Source: Gordius albopunctatus (taxonomy: Eukaryota). From it: a stretch of DNA of 64,000 nt. Both the position numbers and the translations under genes were made by a program. The stretch spans positions 6,262,001 to 6,326,000 of the forward strand of contig OZ193910.1 in NCBI GenBank assembly GCA_964276515.1, given 5' to 3'. The notes under the pieces were generated by a model. It saw only the letters and a program-made list of their open reading frames with translations. It ran no database searches and was not told the origin of the DNA. Shown here one piece after another: positions 1 to 12,488 of this stretch (its first letter is position 1; every line of letters begins with the position of its first letter).

Positions 1-1090
1 GGAGAAAATGCCATTCCTACAATTTTTAATTTTCCAGCATATTTAAGCCTAATTATCTTATAAACCTTTATTTATTATTTTTATCAAGATTGTTTTTACA
101 ACATTATATATTTTCTTATTTATTGTTATTTAAACATGTAATTTAAATAATAAACTATTGATATTATATTCTGTTATTGTAACAACCAATGTTATTATTA
201 ATTAAAAAGACAATTCCAGGTAAAAGCCACTATTTTATTAAACGTACTATATTTTTACAAATACATACTATAATTTGAATGAGAACCGTGATGATAATAT
301 ATTAAGGTACAGTTAGGAGGAAAAATTTATGATTATATTTTACGTACAATTGGGGTGGAAAACAATTATATTATATTTTACGTACAGTTGGGTAAAAAAC
401 ATATTATATTTACGTACAGTAGGGTGGAAAACGGTTATGATTATATTTTACGTACAATAATACTTGTATAACTGGTTTAGTATAATCGGATTGAGGATGG
501 AGAACAATAATAATATATTTGTATAATGGTATTGCGCAGATGTTCCTTTTCTAGCCGTCATGATGTTTTTATCACCCACTATCATCTATCACACAATGCA
601 CCATCACAAAGCACTAGCCGCCGATAATTAAATATGAAGAGGAATATGGCGAGGGCTGATAGTTAAATATACAGAGAGAGATGGTGCCAAGTAAAATAGA
701 CAGAAAAAGGAGAAAGTGAGATAGAGATAAAAAAGGAGAATATACGAACACGCCACCTGGCGTGTAAGAGGGAGAATGCCACAGTTATGTAATAAATAAA
801 TTTTATAAAGGGATAGCAAAGAGATAGACTAATAATTCGAAGGTCACTTTTTTGAAGGATTCAACAAAATTTCGAATTCACTTATTAAGAAATCACAAAG
901 AAAACACATTAGTCTTTCAGAAAAAGATCATTCATATTGCGTCTTAAAACCATAATCAGAGTAAAAAAAACTGGAGAAGCAAAGGCGTTAACTGCAAAAG
1001 ATTGTCAAAAAATATAGGATCTCTTTACATAGATATAAACGAAAAATATATAGCCTAAAAGATATAATCAAAAATGCAAGAATCTAATCT
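1..1090 (+). pseudogene. THAP-domain protein/P-element-like transposase relic (runs off window start)
   Basis: Bases 1-45 translate ENAIPTIFNFPAYL, matching the THAP AVPTIF box. Bases ~902-1090 translate LSEKDHSYCVLK followed by a basic coiled-coil-like stretch; DHxY is the THAP HCF-1-binding motif. In-frame stops are present and the intervening sequence is repetitive. Confidence 0.5.
300..460. repeat. Short tandem repeat, ~36-bp unit, about 4 copies
   Basis: Recurring (tgat)tatattttacgtacagttggg(g)tggaaaac units. Confidence 0.75.
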
Positions 1091-4000
1091 TTAAAAAAGG
1101 GATGAAGATCAGTTGTTCCCCAAAAAGGAAGGGGGGGACCCGAGGGTCCGACTTGTAGTTCGTTTTTTCGTTGTTTTTACAAAACACATCTATACTCCAT
1201 ATAAACGTAGCCCATTTTTTATGCAATTTATGGGCTAAATAGGTGGGAAGAGGCCAGAATGCCTATGCGGTAGGAGGGGGCAGTGTTCAGGTAAGCAATT
1301 AGATAAATGTATACATTTTTGGCCTAAAAGTTAGCCGCCCACACCAACAAAAACTTACGCAATAAAAGCAAAAAGCTAGAGAAATTGCTAAAAGAAATTT
1401 ATATATCAAAGTGAAAGTTAACCGGTCAGACGAACAAAAAATCACAAAAAATCCCAAAAATTAAAAATGGTCATTATTATGTTTCAGGCAAATAAATTTA
1501 TTTTTTGCAGGGAATATTATTTGAAGAGCTCATTTGGTTTTAAAAAAAAGCTTTTTGGTATATGGAAAAAGTTTATTAAATTAGATTTTGTGATAGACTA
1601 TTTCTAATTTGACAAATTAACGTTTGAAAAATAATGTTGAAAGTTTTTACAAAGTTAAAATATATTATAATATTAACCATATTGCATAGCAATTAATAAA
1701 TTAAACTTAATCATCCATAAAAATTTGATTCATAGAATTTTATTTTCAAAATTGCGGATTGTACTTTGATTTAAAAAACTCATTTTAGATCAGATAAAAT
1801 ATTTTTTAAAAATATTTCCGAACGGATTAAAATTTAATGACCCCATGCTCCACCGTATCATTCTCATCTCTGAGTCTTGTAATAGCCTTCCTTCCTTTGT
1901 GTTTAATGCCCATGATTCACTTCACTTCCATAGAGTAACACCTGTCTTACGATGGATTTGTAAGCTTTGCTCTTCAACCATATTGGCATTTTCTTGTCGC
2001 ACATTACACCAGATATACTTCGCCATTTAAGCCACCCTTTTTGAATCCGGGCATTGATTTCAGTTGTGCAACCTCCCTCTTGATGTAGCATAGAGCCGAG
2101 GTAAGTAAACCTGTCTACTTTTAGGTACTTTAGGTGGTCCTCCAGCGATGGGGTGCTTGTACCGTTCATTTCCATGTATACCGTTTTTCGATCGTTGACC
2201 TTTAAGCCATATCCAGCTAAGCGCTTTGACCACTTTTCTGATTCTTCGAATACCTTCTCCCTTGTTTTCTCGCACATATAGCATACACCATGGCGATGGC
2301 GTCACTGTCGTCCTAAAGCAAGCTTTTGAGGCTTAATAAATATTTTTTATAAGCCGTATATTATATATATTTTGCTTTCTCAATCACCACCATATTAAAT
2401 CGCGGGGGACCGTGTCATAAGCTTTCTCCAAGTCGATAAAGACCATATGTAGGTCTTTCCTCTTCTCACCATACATATCCATGATTTTTCTTAGTGCGAA
2501 GATTGGGTCGATTGTGGATTTGCCGTCCACAAATCCGTATTGGTTAGCCGATATTCCCACCTCGTTTTCAGCCTTTTTACTAAGATCCTTTCCATAAGCT
2601 TTAAGGAGTGGTAAGTTAGCTTAATACCCTGCAATTGCCACAGTCATTAGGGTCTTGTTTGCCTTTAAATAAGGGTAGAATCGTGCTTACTCTTCATTGA
2701 TTTAGAATTCACCCTTCTACCAATATCTTGTTAAGAAGGTTCGTCAAGGTAGTGATTCCTTCTTCACGGTATTCCATCTGGGCCATTTGCTTTGTTTTTC
2801 CTATCTGAATCTTGTTCATTTGTGTCCTAACTTCATCCTCCTGAAGGAGTTCGGCCATACTTATATTTGGCTCAATTTTGGTAGGGGAATCCTTGTCATT
2901 TGCAATATTCATAAGGCTCTTAAAATATCCTTTCCATGACTTCCTTCGTCTTGAATAAGAAACTCAACATCGCGACTTTTCTTCTCCCTTGTCTTCGCCA
3001 ATTCGTACATAAGCCTACCGCCCCCTTTAAGATCCAGTTTGTTTGCCATCTAGGTGTACGCGTCATTCTTCGCTAATGCAACGGCCTTTTTTGCGGCCCT
3101 CTTTACGTCCCTATACTCTTGATAATCATCCGACTTTTTTGATTTATGCCACCGTCTATATAAATTTTTTTTCCTTCCGAAGAAATCCCTAACCGATTGA
3201 TCTAGTTCCCTATTCATAGCTTTGCCTCCTTTGGTCTGTCCTAGAACACTAATAGCTGTTTACTTTATGTCCTTAGATAGCGTTTCCCAATTGGTGTCTA
3301 CATCCCTTTGCAACTTCCTTGCACCCAAGAGTAAGGAGGCTTTTTGATGGTAGTTTTCGTTTATCCACATATCCTTTAGCTTTTGTATCGAATTCAAAGT
3401 TCATAGACCTTTCTTCTTTCGAGAAATATTCTTCTGTCAAGATCCATAACAAGGGGACGATGTCGCCTGGCGATTTCTTCTAGCGGTATTACTTTGCAAT
3501 CCTTGATACTCCATAAGTCCTTTCGCCCTATGATGCTTCCCACTTCTATAGGTCACAATATGATCTTCGCGTTTTCAAAATTAGGTGTTAACGATCGCCA
3601 TGTCATATGCTTGGGATACTTGGAAAAGTTTTTTCCCTTCTTTGAGCCTCCATAATTGCTTCATACCCGAGGCGATCTTTCCCTACGTGAGCGTTGAAAT
3701 CCGCCCCAATAATTAGCTATTCTTCCAGTCCGATTCCTTCTATTTCCTTTTCCAATGAATAGAAGAATATGTCTTTCTCTGATTCCATACACCCAATTTG
3801 GGGAGCATACGCGCACCTAACGGTTAGGAGACTCCCTTAATCTTCAATCTTAACCCACATTAGTCTGTCGGAACAACGCTTGACTTCCACCACCTTGTCC
3901 TTGAACGATTCGCTTAGAAAGATACCGACCCCGTTTCTACGATTTGATGACCCACTGTAGAAAAGCTTGTATCCTTCTCCTAATTCCCGAGTTTTCGTTC

Positions 4001-4488
4001 CGTTCCACCTCGTCTCTTGTAGGCAGGCGATGTGTACCTTTCTTCTTTTTAGCATCTGTGCGACCTCGATGCTCTTCCTCGTCAACGTTCCCACATTCCA
4101 GCACGTAATTCGCATTCTTTCCACAACTAGTTTCCTTAACCGCCTTTGTTGTGAGTTACCCCGCGTTCGTGATGACGCGCGAATTGTGAATTAATTCGCA
4201 CGAAAATAACAAATGTATTAATTAAATAGAAGGCGTTCATAGTAAAATCGCAGACGATTATTTTCGCACGCGGTAAAAAGCGAACAAAATAAGATACAAC
4301 TCATTTTGTATTTTTCGCGCGATGGTGAAAAAATTGAAATTGCATAATTATGATTTGATCAATGATATTCGGGATATACCAATGATATATGATAAATTCC
4401 ATTAAGAGTATAAGGATATTAAAAAAAATGAAGAATTTGAGAAACTAGCCCAAAAATATTTGGTCTCAAGTAATAATATAACTTTAAA

Positions 4489-5007
4489 ATGTTAATTAGC
4501 TTAGGTGAAGATATAAAAGTTAGATGGAAGAATCTCAGAGACACATATATGAAAGAGTTAAATAAGGCAAAAAATCTTAAAAGTGTAAGTGCTTTGACCA
4601 CATCTTATTGGCCTTATTTTACTGTGATGGACTTTTTAAGACCTACCTTAGAACCTAGGAGTCAATGGTCTAGTCTAGATGACTCAATAATGTTTGGAGA
4701 AGATCTATCATTTAACCTAGATAGCATGTGTTCTGATGCTTCAACTAGTTACAAGGAAAATGGTAAATTGATAAAGCTCATATTAATTAATATTCATATA
4801 GAACCTCCAACTCCCATTATTGAAAAGAAAAGTGCTGAAAACAACTTTTTGGAGAAGCTGTTTGACCTTGAAGTCAAAAAGCAGAACAAACCATCTGTCA
4901 TAACTGTAGTTGAAGAAACACTGAACAAAAGATCAGACAAGGGTAGAGAAAAATTTTCTAAAAAAATAATGTTGGAATGCTTAACCTTTATATCTGATGA
5001 TGAATAA
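4489..5007 (+). CDS. Harbinger accessory MADF/Myb-SANT DNA-binding protein (partial, probably spliced)
   Basis: KVRWKNLRDTYMKEL and YWPYFTVMDFL are typical MADF C-terminal helices. Lies inside the Harbinger TIRs. Confidence 0.85.
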   Translation: MLISLGEDIKVRWKNLRDTYMKELNKAKNLKSVSALTTSYWPYFTVMDFLRPTLEPRSQWSSLDDSIMFGEDLSFNLDSMCSDASTSYKENGKLIKLILINIHIEPPTPIIEKKSAENNFLEKLFDLEVKKQNKPSVITVVEETLNKRSDKGREKFSKKIMLECLTFISDDE

Positions 5008-5110
5008 AAATTTATTATATTTGTACAGTTACAAAATGAATTAAAAATTTTTCGATTCTAAAATATTATTATCAAAAAAATTACAAAACAATAGGCAAAT
5101 ATGTTTAGCT

Positions 5111-6200
5111 TCATGGGTGGAGTTTTTCAAAGATTGTGGGTGAAAGAATCCTTGATCTTTTTCTTTTAGAACAGGTGAGATGAGGATTTTCTTTATCAAT
5201 AATCAAGTTGTGTAAAATCACACATGTTTTTATTATTAAATCAGTTGTAGATGTTTTGGTATCCATTGGTCTCCCTAAAATCCTCAATTTGGAGGAGAGT
5301 ATACCAAATGCACACTCAACAAGCCTTCTAGCTCTAGAAAGCCTATAATTAAAGTGTCTGATGGAATTGGTGCCCAAACCTTTAAAGGGCTTCATGATAT
5401 AAGTTTTCAGTGGGTAGGCATCATCTGCCACATACACATGGGGAACTATAATATTTGAGTTTGGCAACTTCTTGTGGGAAGGAATAGGTAATACACCATT
5501 TTCCAATTGTTTAAATAAATTAGAGTTGGAAAATATACCTCCATCTGATTGACCACCTCTACTACCAACATCAACAACTATAAATTTATACCTAGCATCA
5601 ACTACTGCTTGCAAAACTATTGAAAAATAGTGCTTGTAATTATAAAATGAACTTCCAGAATTTGAAGGCTTTTTATCTCACAGTGCTTACCATCAAGGGC
5701 ACCTATGCAATTAGGAAAATTCCATAATTTATAGAAATCTTGAGCTATATTTTCAAAATCTTACAAAGATGGAGATTTCAAATGTATGGGTTGAAAAATG
5801 GAGGATATTGCATTACATGTTTCAATCAAAATATAATGTATAGTTGATATTCCTATCTTATGAGAATAGCTTATTGATGAATAAGAATTTCCACAAGCCA
5901 AATATCTAAATTAAGCTGTGTTACAAAATTTATAATGCTTACCTGATAGTTATCATCAATTTTTCTTTGGGTGAAATGGAATATGCATAGTTTGTTCTCT
6001 GTGATTTTATTTTGGTAGCTATTTTTTCTAATATATAATAAAATGTTTCCTAAAAACTACTGAAAACTAATTAATTTATTATTATACCTTGCTCATCCTA
6101 AGATAATCTAAGAATTTCACTGGAGAGTTCAATTATTTATGAAAAGTAGTGTAATATTCACTCTCTTTCATCCTATTTAGATTGATCTTATTTACATTTT
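5111..6200 (-). pseudogene. Harbinger DDE transposase (HARBI1/DDE_Tnp_4-like), intron-containing, inactivated
   Basis: [41 protein letters not shown] and FNYRLSRARRLVECAFGIL. A 1-nt loss near 5672 and a TAA near 5762 disrupt it. Confidence 0.9.
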
Positions 6201-6520
6201 TTTCATAGCATATAAATATAAGTACTTTAACGTTAGGTGTGAAACCATGGTATAAGCGAATTAAATCGCACGCATTATGAACAACGATCGCCTGCGAATT
6301 GCTTAAAAAATTTCGCGAACAAAATTCGCTTCGCTTTTTTTCGCTTCGCGCGTCATCACGAACGCGGGGTTAGGCAGTAACCCTAGTGTATTTTTCACAT
6401 TGCACGGGCGGGGTTTGCAGTGCGCGTCGTTTGTGGAGGACGCCCTAGCCTTTCTTGTAAAATCTCGTTTGAAACTATCATAATTTTGGAGTTGATTTTT
6501 ATATCCGGTTTCGACCTGAT

Positions 6521-6575
6521 GCCAACCCTCCACTTTTTGCACAGACTTGGGACCGTCGTAGGTAGTGTTATTATA
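6521..6575 (-). ncRNA. Twister self-cleaving ribozyme (type P1) at the RTE 5' end
   Basis: Minus strand reads UAA CACU ACC UAC G ACGG UCCCAAGU CUGU GCAAAA AGUG GAGGG UUG. P2 is CACU/AGUG, P4 is ACGG/CUGU, and the pseudoknots are CCC/GGG and AC/GU. Collinear with the canonical twister UAACACUGCC...CGGUCCCAAGCCCG...AAAAGUGGAGGG. Confidence 0.85.
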
Positions 6576-6721
6576 TAATAAACATAAAACTAAACTTTAT
6601 TATTTCAATATCTATATAAAAACTCGGGCCTTCGGCCCTCGTGGTAAGGAGAAGGGGGGAATGGGAGTAGGGGAAGGGAAGGGGAAACTCTTCTATATTC
6701 TGTATAAAAGTAGCATATTTT

Positions 6722-7297
6722 CTATGCAATTTATGGGCGAGAAAGGTGGGAAGGGGCGAGAATCTCTATAGGGGGGTATTACATGCAAAATAATTGGACT
6801 GACGGGCATAGGGTAAATATCAATGATAACCAATTTTAAAAAAAACGAAAAATAAAATTTCGAATCACAAATTTGGCCAATGGTCATTTTTTTCAAATAG
6901 TTAATAATATAATAACATCTTCAAGATTTGTTAGAACGTTCACCGGGATTCGGACCCACATTAATAGAGGCATAGGATTTTGTAGGGGCACAGGGACCCA
7001 TATCACTAGAGGCATAGGCCCTTGTAGTGGAGGGAATATGGTAATTATCAACGTTACCCAATTCAAAAACAAAAAATTTGGATTTATTTGGCCTATGGTC
7101 ATTTTTTCCATTGGTCAGTAGCCTGCGGACGGTCAAAAAGTCATATTATCAATGGCATTAACAACAACATAATATTAATTTATTTTAATTTGTCCTCTAC
7201 GGGTCTCGAACCCGCAACCTCCAGGTCGGGAAGCTGGTGTAAATAAAATGAAGGGTAACGGACGGACAACCAAATACCAGCCCATAAATTGCATTAG
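6722..7297. mobile_element. MITE-like repeat with atgcaatttatgggc TIRs, internal B-box and ccaat units
   Basis: atgcaatttatgggc at ~6724 and gcccataaattgcat at 7280-7294. The interior is the reverse complement of the array at 49940-51100. Confidence 0.65.
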
Positions 7298-7667
7298 TAA
7301 TTTATTGAATATAAGGTAATTGGGTAAATTTATTGTAGCGTCCCCCCCCCCCGATCACGTTATTATAGCTTTATATAAACACGCTCATACCCAGGTGACG
7401 TCACTCGTTCAATTCTCCCTATCACTCGTACTATCCCTAGCTACCTTCTGCCCACTTTTCACTTACTCCCCTCTTACCTCACAATTTTTGGAGTATCGGC
7501 TAAGTTTTATGCCAAATCAAAATGCACAGGAAAATTTACGTAAATAAGAACTTTTAAAAATCACGAGGAAAAATAAACATGCTAACATTGAGAAATATGT
7601 ATTTATTAAATTACTATTAAATAAAAAATAGGTAAAATAGCTGATATAAGATGGTACTCGGACTATG

Positions 7668-7950
7668 GTATATTTTTTATCCCATTTGGCGTTAAAGTAA
7701 AAAACGTTTAGTAATAGCATTCTGTTTAAACTATTTGGTACAGGTGCAGATAAAAAACGGTCAATTAAGCTGTTTGGTCAATAACCCATGTATTTATGAT
7801 ATTTCTAGCTGTCTCGACATTTTCCTCTTCGAAATTGAGGGATTCAGTTTGTGCAGCATAATACTTCTCTAAATCTTTAACGAATTTTGGGTGAACCGTA
7901 AATTTTTTGTCTAAAAAAATTTTGGTGACCCAAGCAATTGTAGTAGATGC
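7668..7950 (-). pseudogene. Serpin gene fragment, frameshifted
   Basis: KIFLDKKFTVHPKFVKDLEKYYAAQTESLNF..ARNIINTWVIDQT, then in another frame IDRFL..RMLLLNVFYFNAKWDKKY. These match serpin helix F and the strand-3A N-x-x-YF-x-x-x-W motif. Confidence 0.8.
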
Positions 7951-7984
7951 TTCGTAATCTTTCAAATCCTTAAAATCTTGAAAA

Positions 7985-9191
7985 TTGAGCAATAAAAAAA
8001 GTGCGGGCAGGGCTTGGGCTTTGAAAAGTGAAAATTATGAAATTATTTATTTTCATACTCTAATTTTAATATTAGAAACAAAAAAATGCAATTATTAGCT
8101 TAATGATAAAAAAATTAATTTTTCCAAACAAATCTGGTGGAACTCAAAAACCATAATGTGAAAAAGTTTGAATGAGATGTATGATAAACTAGTCATTTTT
8201 AATCTGGCAAAGATTCAATGGAAAAATTTGAAGGTATATTACCTTTTGAAAAGGCAAGCATCAAGTTAGAAGCGGATAAGACACCAACACTCTATAAAAT
8301 ATTACCCTTTTATACATCATTAAAAAGCATCCCAAATTTGTTTCCTTCAACTACGTGTAATGATGATCCTGTTGACTTAAAGATTTATCTACAAACTTAA
8401 GTCAAGAGCCCAAACTATGCTAATTTCAAAGTTTAATATCGAAAGTTATCATAAAATATCAATCTTTATTGTTTCTTAGTTTCGCACGATGAAAATTCTA
8501 CACGAGTATGAAAGAAACTTCTTAAAAACTACGGTAAAAATATTTTAAAGAAATCCATGCAAGAAAATCCTGGCTCTTCCGACATAGATCTTCTTGCATA
8601 AGTGGTCCAACTATTATTAATCCAGCTCAGGTGTTCAACACTAAACAATTATCTATTTTTTTATTTGGGACGATGATGAAACGGAAAAAGTGAAGATTTC
8701 CACGAAGTTGATACATCTTAAATCAAATTTAAACCTGAGGATGCTCAGCTAGATGTATTTTTATGGTCGAAACACCAACTTATGCTACCAAACTTACCAA
8801 AATTAGCTAGTCAATTTTTGTCAAAACCAATGGCTACGGCTACGAGTGAACTCACATTCAGCAAGGCAAGTCGTCTTATATAACAGAGAAGAACGAAATT
8901 ATTGCCTGATAGAATATATATTCTTTTAGTTTTAAATGACAATATTAAATTGTAATTTTTAATTAGAACCGATTTTATATGCTATATTTAAATTATTTCA
9001 TGAACAATACAAAAAATTTTTTATACAAATAAATAATTTTGAAACAGTGTAGACTTGTTTATACTCGTGCGGGCCTGATGCGGCGCAATTTTTGGGATTT
9101 TATTGCGGGCTGGGTGCGGGCCAAAAAATTTATATTTGTGCGGGTATGGGCCGGGCCTGAAAAATTAAATTTCGGCCCATGCAGACCTCTA
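7985..9191 (+). mobile_element. hAT transposon relic (transposase C-terminus and right TIR)
   Basis: ~8780-8950 encodes a hAT dimerisation domain (LPKLASQFLSKPMATATSELTFSKAS..RRTKLLP). gcggg subterminal repeats and a terminal tgcagacctcta are present. An inverted fragment of the same family lies at ~46090-46430. Confidence 0.85.
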
Positions 9192-10429
9192 ATCTAAACA
9201 TACTTTCCTCTGTAGGGGTTTATAGGGCACCCGGTCAAAGTCGCAGAAAAAAGCAGCCAAATTGGTCAGAACTAATCAAGGTTGGTCAGAAATTAACATC
9301 TGTTTATTGATATGATGAATTAGAATTTAAGTTTTAACCTATAATTATGCAATATACTTTACTTTTATTCATAATTTATATTATAATAATGAATTTATTA
9401 AGAGAAATACTTTACAGGTGTGACTAGATTGATGTTGAATACTAATACTTCCATAAATACATATAAATGATATTATATTTACAAATTTGGAAATAAATTT
9501 GAGCTTTGATATATTGACTAAATTATAACATATAAATAATCAAGTGGTAATATTTAACATTGCATCTCTTTCTCATTTAAGTTTTTTTATTAATATTTAC
9601 TAAATTATAACATACAAATAATCAAGTGGTAATATTTAACATTGTATCTCTTTCTCTATATTTTAGATAAGAAGATATTGTTTTTAGAAATTTCGATGGG
9701 TCTATTTCACTGTTAGTATAAAGTTCTTTTAAATTATTGATACAAGATTCTTTGTAGATTTCTTTCTTGGATTTTGGGTTTATTGTTTTTCCTTGGTTTA
9801 TTTTATAAATATTTGAGTTAGTTTCTTTATGTATCTTTTTGAGATAATAAATAAATTGATAAATATTGGGATGGGAAGCCTTTACAAGTTTCTTTAGCTT
9901 ATTGTGGAATCCTTCTGTGTGATTATTGGTTCTTGGAAGATTTGTCTCTTCATATCTTCTCCACATTTCATACTTAAATCGGGCTGCTTCACCAACCCAT
10001 GTGTCATCTATATATTTCATATACTTTTCTAATAGGGGATTATTAATTTGCTTTTATTGATGATCTAAAGACAAAAATTGTGATTTTACATCCTGCTCCT
10101 TTAAAAATGGCAAAGCCATTAAGCTTCTTAATGTACTATATATTTTTTTATTGACTTTATAGTCAATGGCTAACCCAATAGACTTAGCTTTTTTGTATAA
10201 AGCTTGAGAATAGTGAAAATAACATCCTAATAACATATAGATTAATTTAATATTAATAAACCTTTTATTTTAATTTGAGGGAATACACTTTTAAGTCCTG
10301 CTATGGCCCCAAGCTCAAAATCTATTTGAACAACTTGTCGGGCAGCAAACAATATATGCAAGGCACCATATGGTTTTTATACCATATATGTATTGTATAC
10401 AGCTAAAACAATTTAAAATTAGTAGAATT

Positions 10430-10993
10430 AACCGGCTCTATGCTACATCAAGAGGGAGGTTGCGCAACTGAAATCAATGCCCGGATTCAAAAAGGATGGC
10501 TTAAATGGCGAAGTATATCCGGTGTAATGTGCGCCAAGAAAATGCCAATATAGTTGAAGAGCAAAGCTTACAAATCCATCGTAAGACCGGTGTTACTCTA
10601 TGGAAGTGAAACATGGGCATTAAACACCACGGAAGGAAAGCTATTACAAGCCACGGAGATGAGAATGATACGGTGGAGCTTGGGGTATACTAAGCTCGAC
10701 CATATGACGAATGACTTTCTCATGACAAAAATGGGTATTCAACCTATGGCGGACATGATTAACGAAAATCGGCTAAGGTGGTATGGGCATATACTAAGAA
10801 GGGACCCGGATGACGTAAATCGAAAAGTGCTAGACATGAAAATACCGGGGAAGAGAGGAAGAGGACGACCCCGTGTCACGTGGAAAAGGCAAGTCGTCGT
10901 CAAGACATGGCACTAACCCGGTCAAGATGGAAGAGACTCATCAAAACAAACCCCACCAATGTGGGACCAAATAACTGATAAAGAAGAAAAAGA
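10430..10993 (+). mobile_element. RTE LINE 3' fragment inserted in the MULE
   Basis: YKSIVRPVLLYGSETWAL..RLRWYGHILRR..GKRGRGRPRVTW followed by an (aag)n-like tail. Same family as 1843-6569. Confidence 0.9.
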
Positions 10994-11816
10994 ATTAACA
11001 TACTTGATAGTAAATTCCTGGTGTCACAAAAAATGTCCCATCTCCAAAAAAGGCGTTTGATTGCCCCAATAAGATTAAATTAGGGAGTGTAGCAAAGATT
11101 AAGATTTCTTGATCCTCCTTATTTTGCGAAAATAAAGATCCATCAATATATGCATATTTAGGGGGCAAAACTAAATTTCTTCTGATGATAGGAATATTTG
11201 GGTGTTGCCTAGGTGAACACCTACTCATTGTTTTCTTAATTGATAATAATGTGGGTGTGGCTGATGGGAATAGTTCTATATCATTGTCTTTTTCCCTTTC
11301 CATCATAACTTGATTATAAATTTTTCTACTATATTTGTTTGGTCCTGCCTTTTTGTCATCTTTTAGGGCATTCTTTGTAATTAATGACTCATAAAAGTCA
11401 TAATCACATTCATGATTATGATTTGTTTGAACTTTTTTTAAATTTTTCTTAATCTTCAGTTTACCATTACACTGAGGTAGACGACATACACAATGTTGGA
11501 CGTCTTTGTAAACACATTTCACTCTGTATAGATATCCAGAATACATCAGAAACTCCCTCCCCATTTCTGATTTTATTCTAATATCTTGATTATCTAAAAA
11601 AATATCTAATTTTTTGAAAACTTAAGTTTACCATCTGTGGATAAAATTTTTGTATTTGTGGTATCCATCAATATAGATGATGCCTCGGACATACCTAATA
11701 ATATAAAATTATAAAACATTTGTTGCAAAAAATACTGAGTTGCATGTCAAGATTTGGTAGTTCATGATTTAAAGGAGGTTCCAAGAATTCATTTTTAATA
11801 TTTTTAATGTTTGAAC

Positions 11817-12488
11817 TAGAGATCTGCAACGGGCCGTTTTTAGAAGGTCGGCCCGCCCGTACCCGTTTTTAAAATTTCAAGGCCCGTCCAAGCCCGTTAA
11901 AAATTTTTTAAAACGAACTCTGCGTCCGTCCTAATTCATCAAAAATTTCACAAAATTTTATTTAATTTTTTGACATATTCATAGAAAGACATCAATAATT
12001 ATCATGTAAAAATAATAAATCATCAACAATTTCTGGTTTTAGGCGAGTTCGCATTTCTTAATTTCGCTCGCTGGTGGCACTCGTAGCCGGTATACATAAT
12101 ATCATATGTGCTAAATGTGCTAATTTAGGATATCTATTAAAGGATAAAATTAATTTTAAATATAATACTTGTCCTCTTTGGCTTTCCACCATTTTAACAG
12201 ATCGAAATCTGTCTCAAACTCAATAGTTTCATCTAAATATTGACTTTTTGTTTTTTCTAATTGTTTTATGTTTAAGCACCTTTGTAACTCCAAGACCTTT
12301 TATATAATCTCTGGTTCGTTTAAGCCCATTTATAAAACTTCAGGTCCGTTCAAGCCCGTTAAAAAAATCTCAGGCCCGCCCGAGCCCGTTCCATTAATTT
12401 TTAGGCCCGTCCGGGCCCGGACCGTTAAAATTTTTATGATACAAAGCCCGTCCGTACCCGCCCGCGGGCCGGCCCGTGCAGATCTCTA
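11817..12488 (-). mobile_element. Non-autonomous hAT element (internal deletion derivative)
   Basis: TIRs tagagatctgca/tgcagatctcta with 8-bp TSD gtttgaac (11809-11816 and 12489-12496). Retains the dimerisation-domain remnant YPKLAHLAHMILCIPATSATSERN. Confidence 0.92.

Larger units (their letters stand above)
4159..6369. mobile_element. PIF/Harbinger DNA transposon, full length
   Basis: Perfect 25-bp TIRs (ccccgcgttcgtgatgacgcgcgaa at 4159-4183, reverse complement at 6345-6369) and a TTA TSD (4156-4158 and 6370-6372). Contains two convergent genes. The RTE paralog near 35700 shows the empty site. Confidence 0.95.
1843..6569 (-). mobile_element. RTE-clade non-LTR retrotransposon, degenerate, 5' end intact, split by a Harbinger insertion
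   Basis: APE endonuclease (TCWNVGTL, IACLQETRW; ORF 3837-4124) and RT C-terminal part (FTYLGS, EINARIQKGWLKWR; ORF 1903-2277), with many stops and frameshifts. The 5' UTR at 6373-6569 matches the paralog at ~35705-35905. Confidence 0.92.

Noticed and set aside
6873..7136. Short overlapping ORFs (MKKMTIGQIN...) also at 50124-50833
   Set aside because: Chance translations of the repeat unit.
7190..7240. tRNA-like B-box sequence (also ~47330 and in the 50-kb array)
   Set aside because: Only a T-arm/B-box-like motif is present, with no full cloverleaf. It is part of a repeat family.
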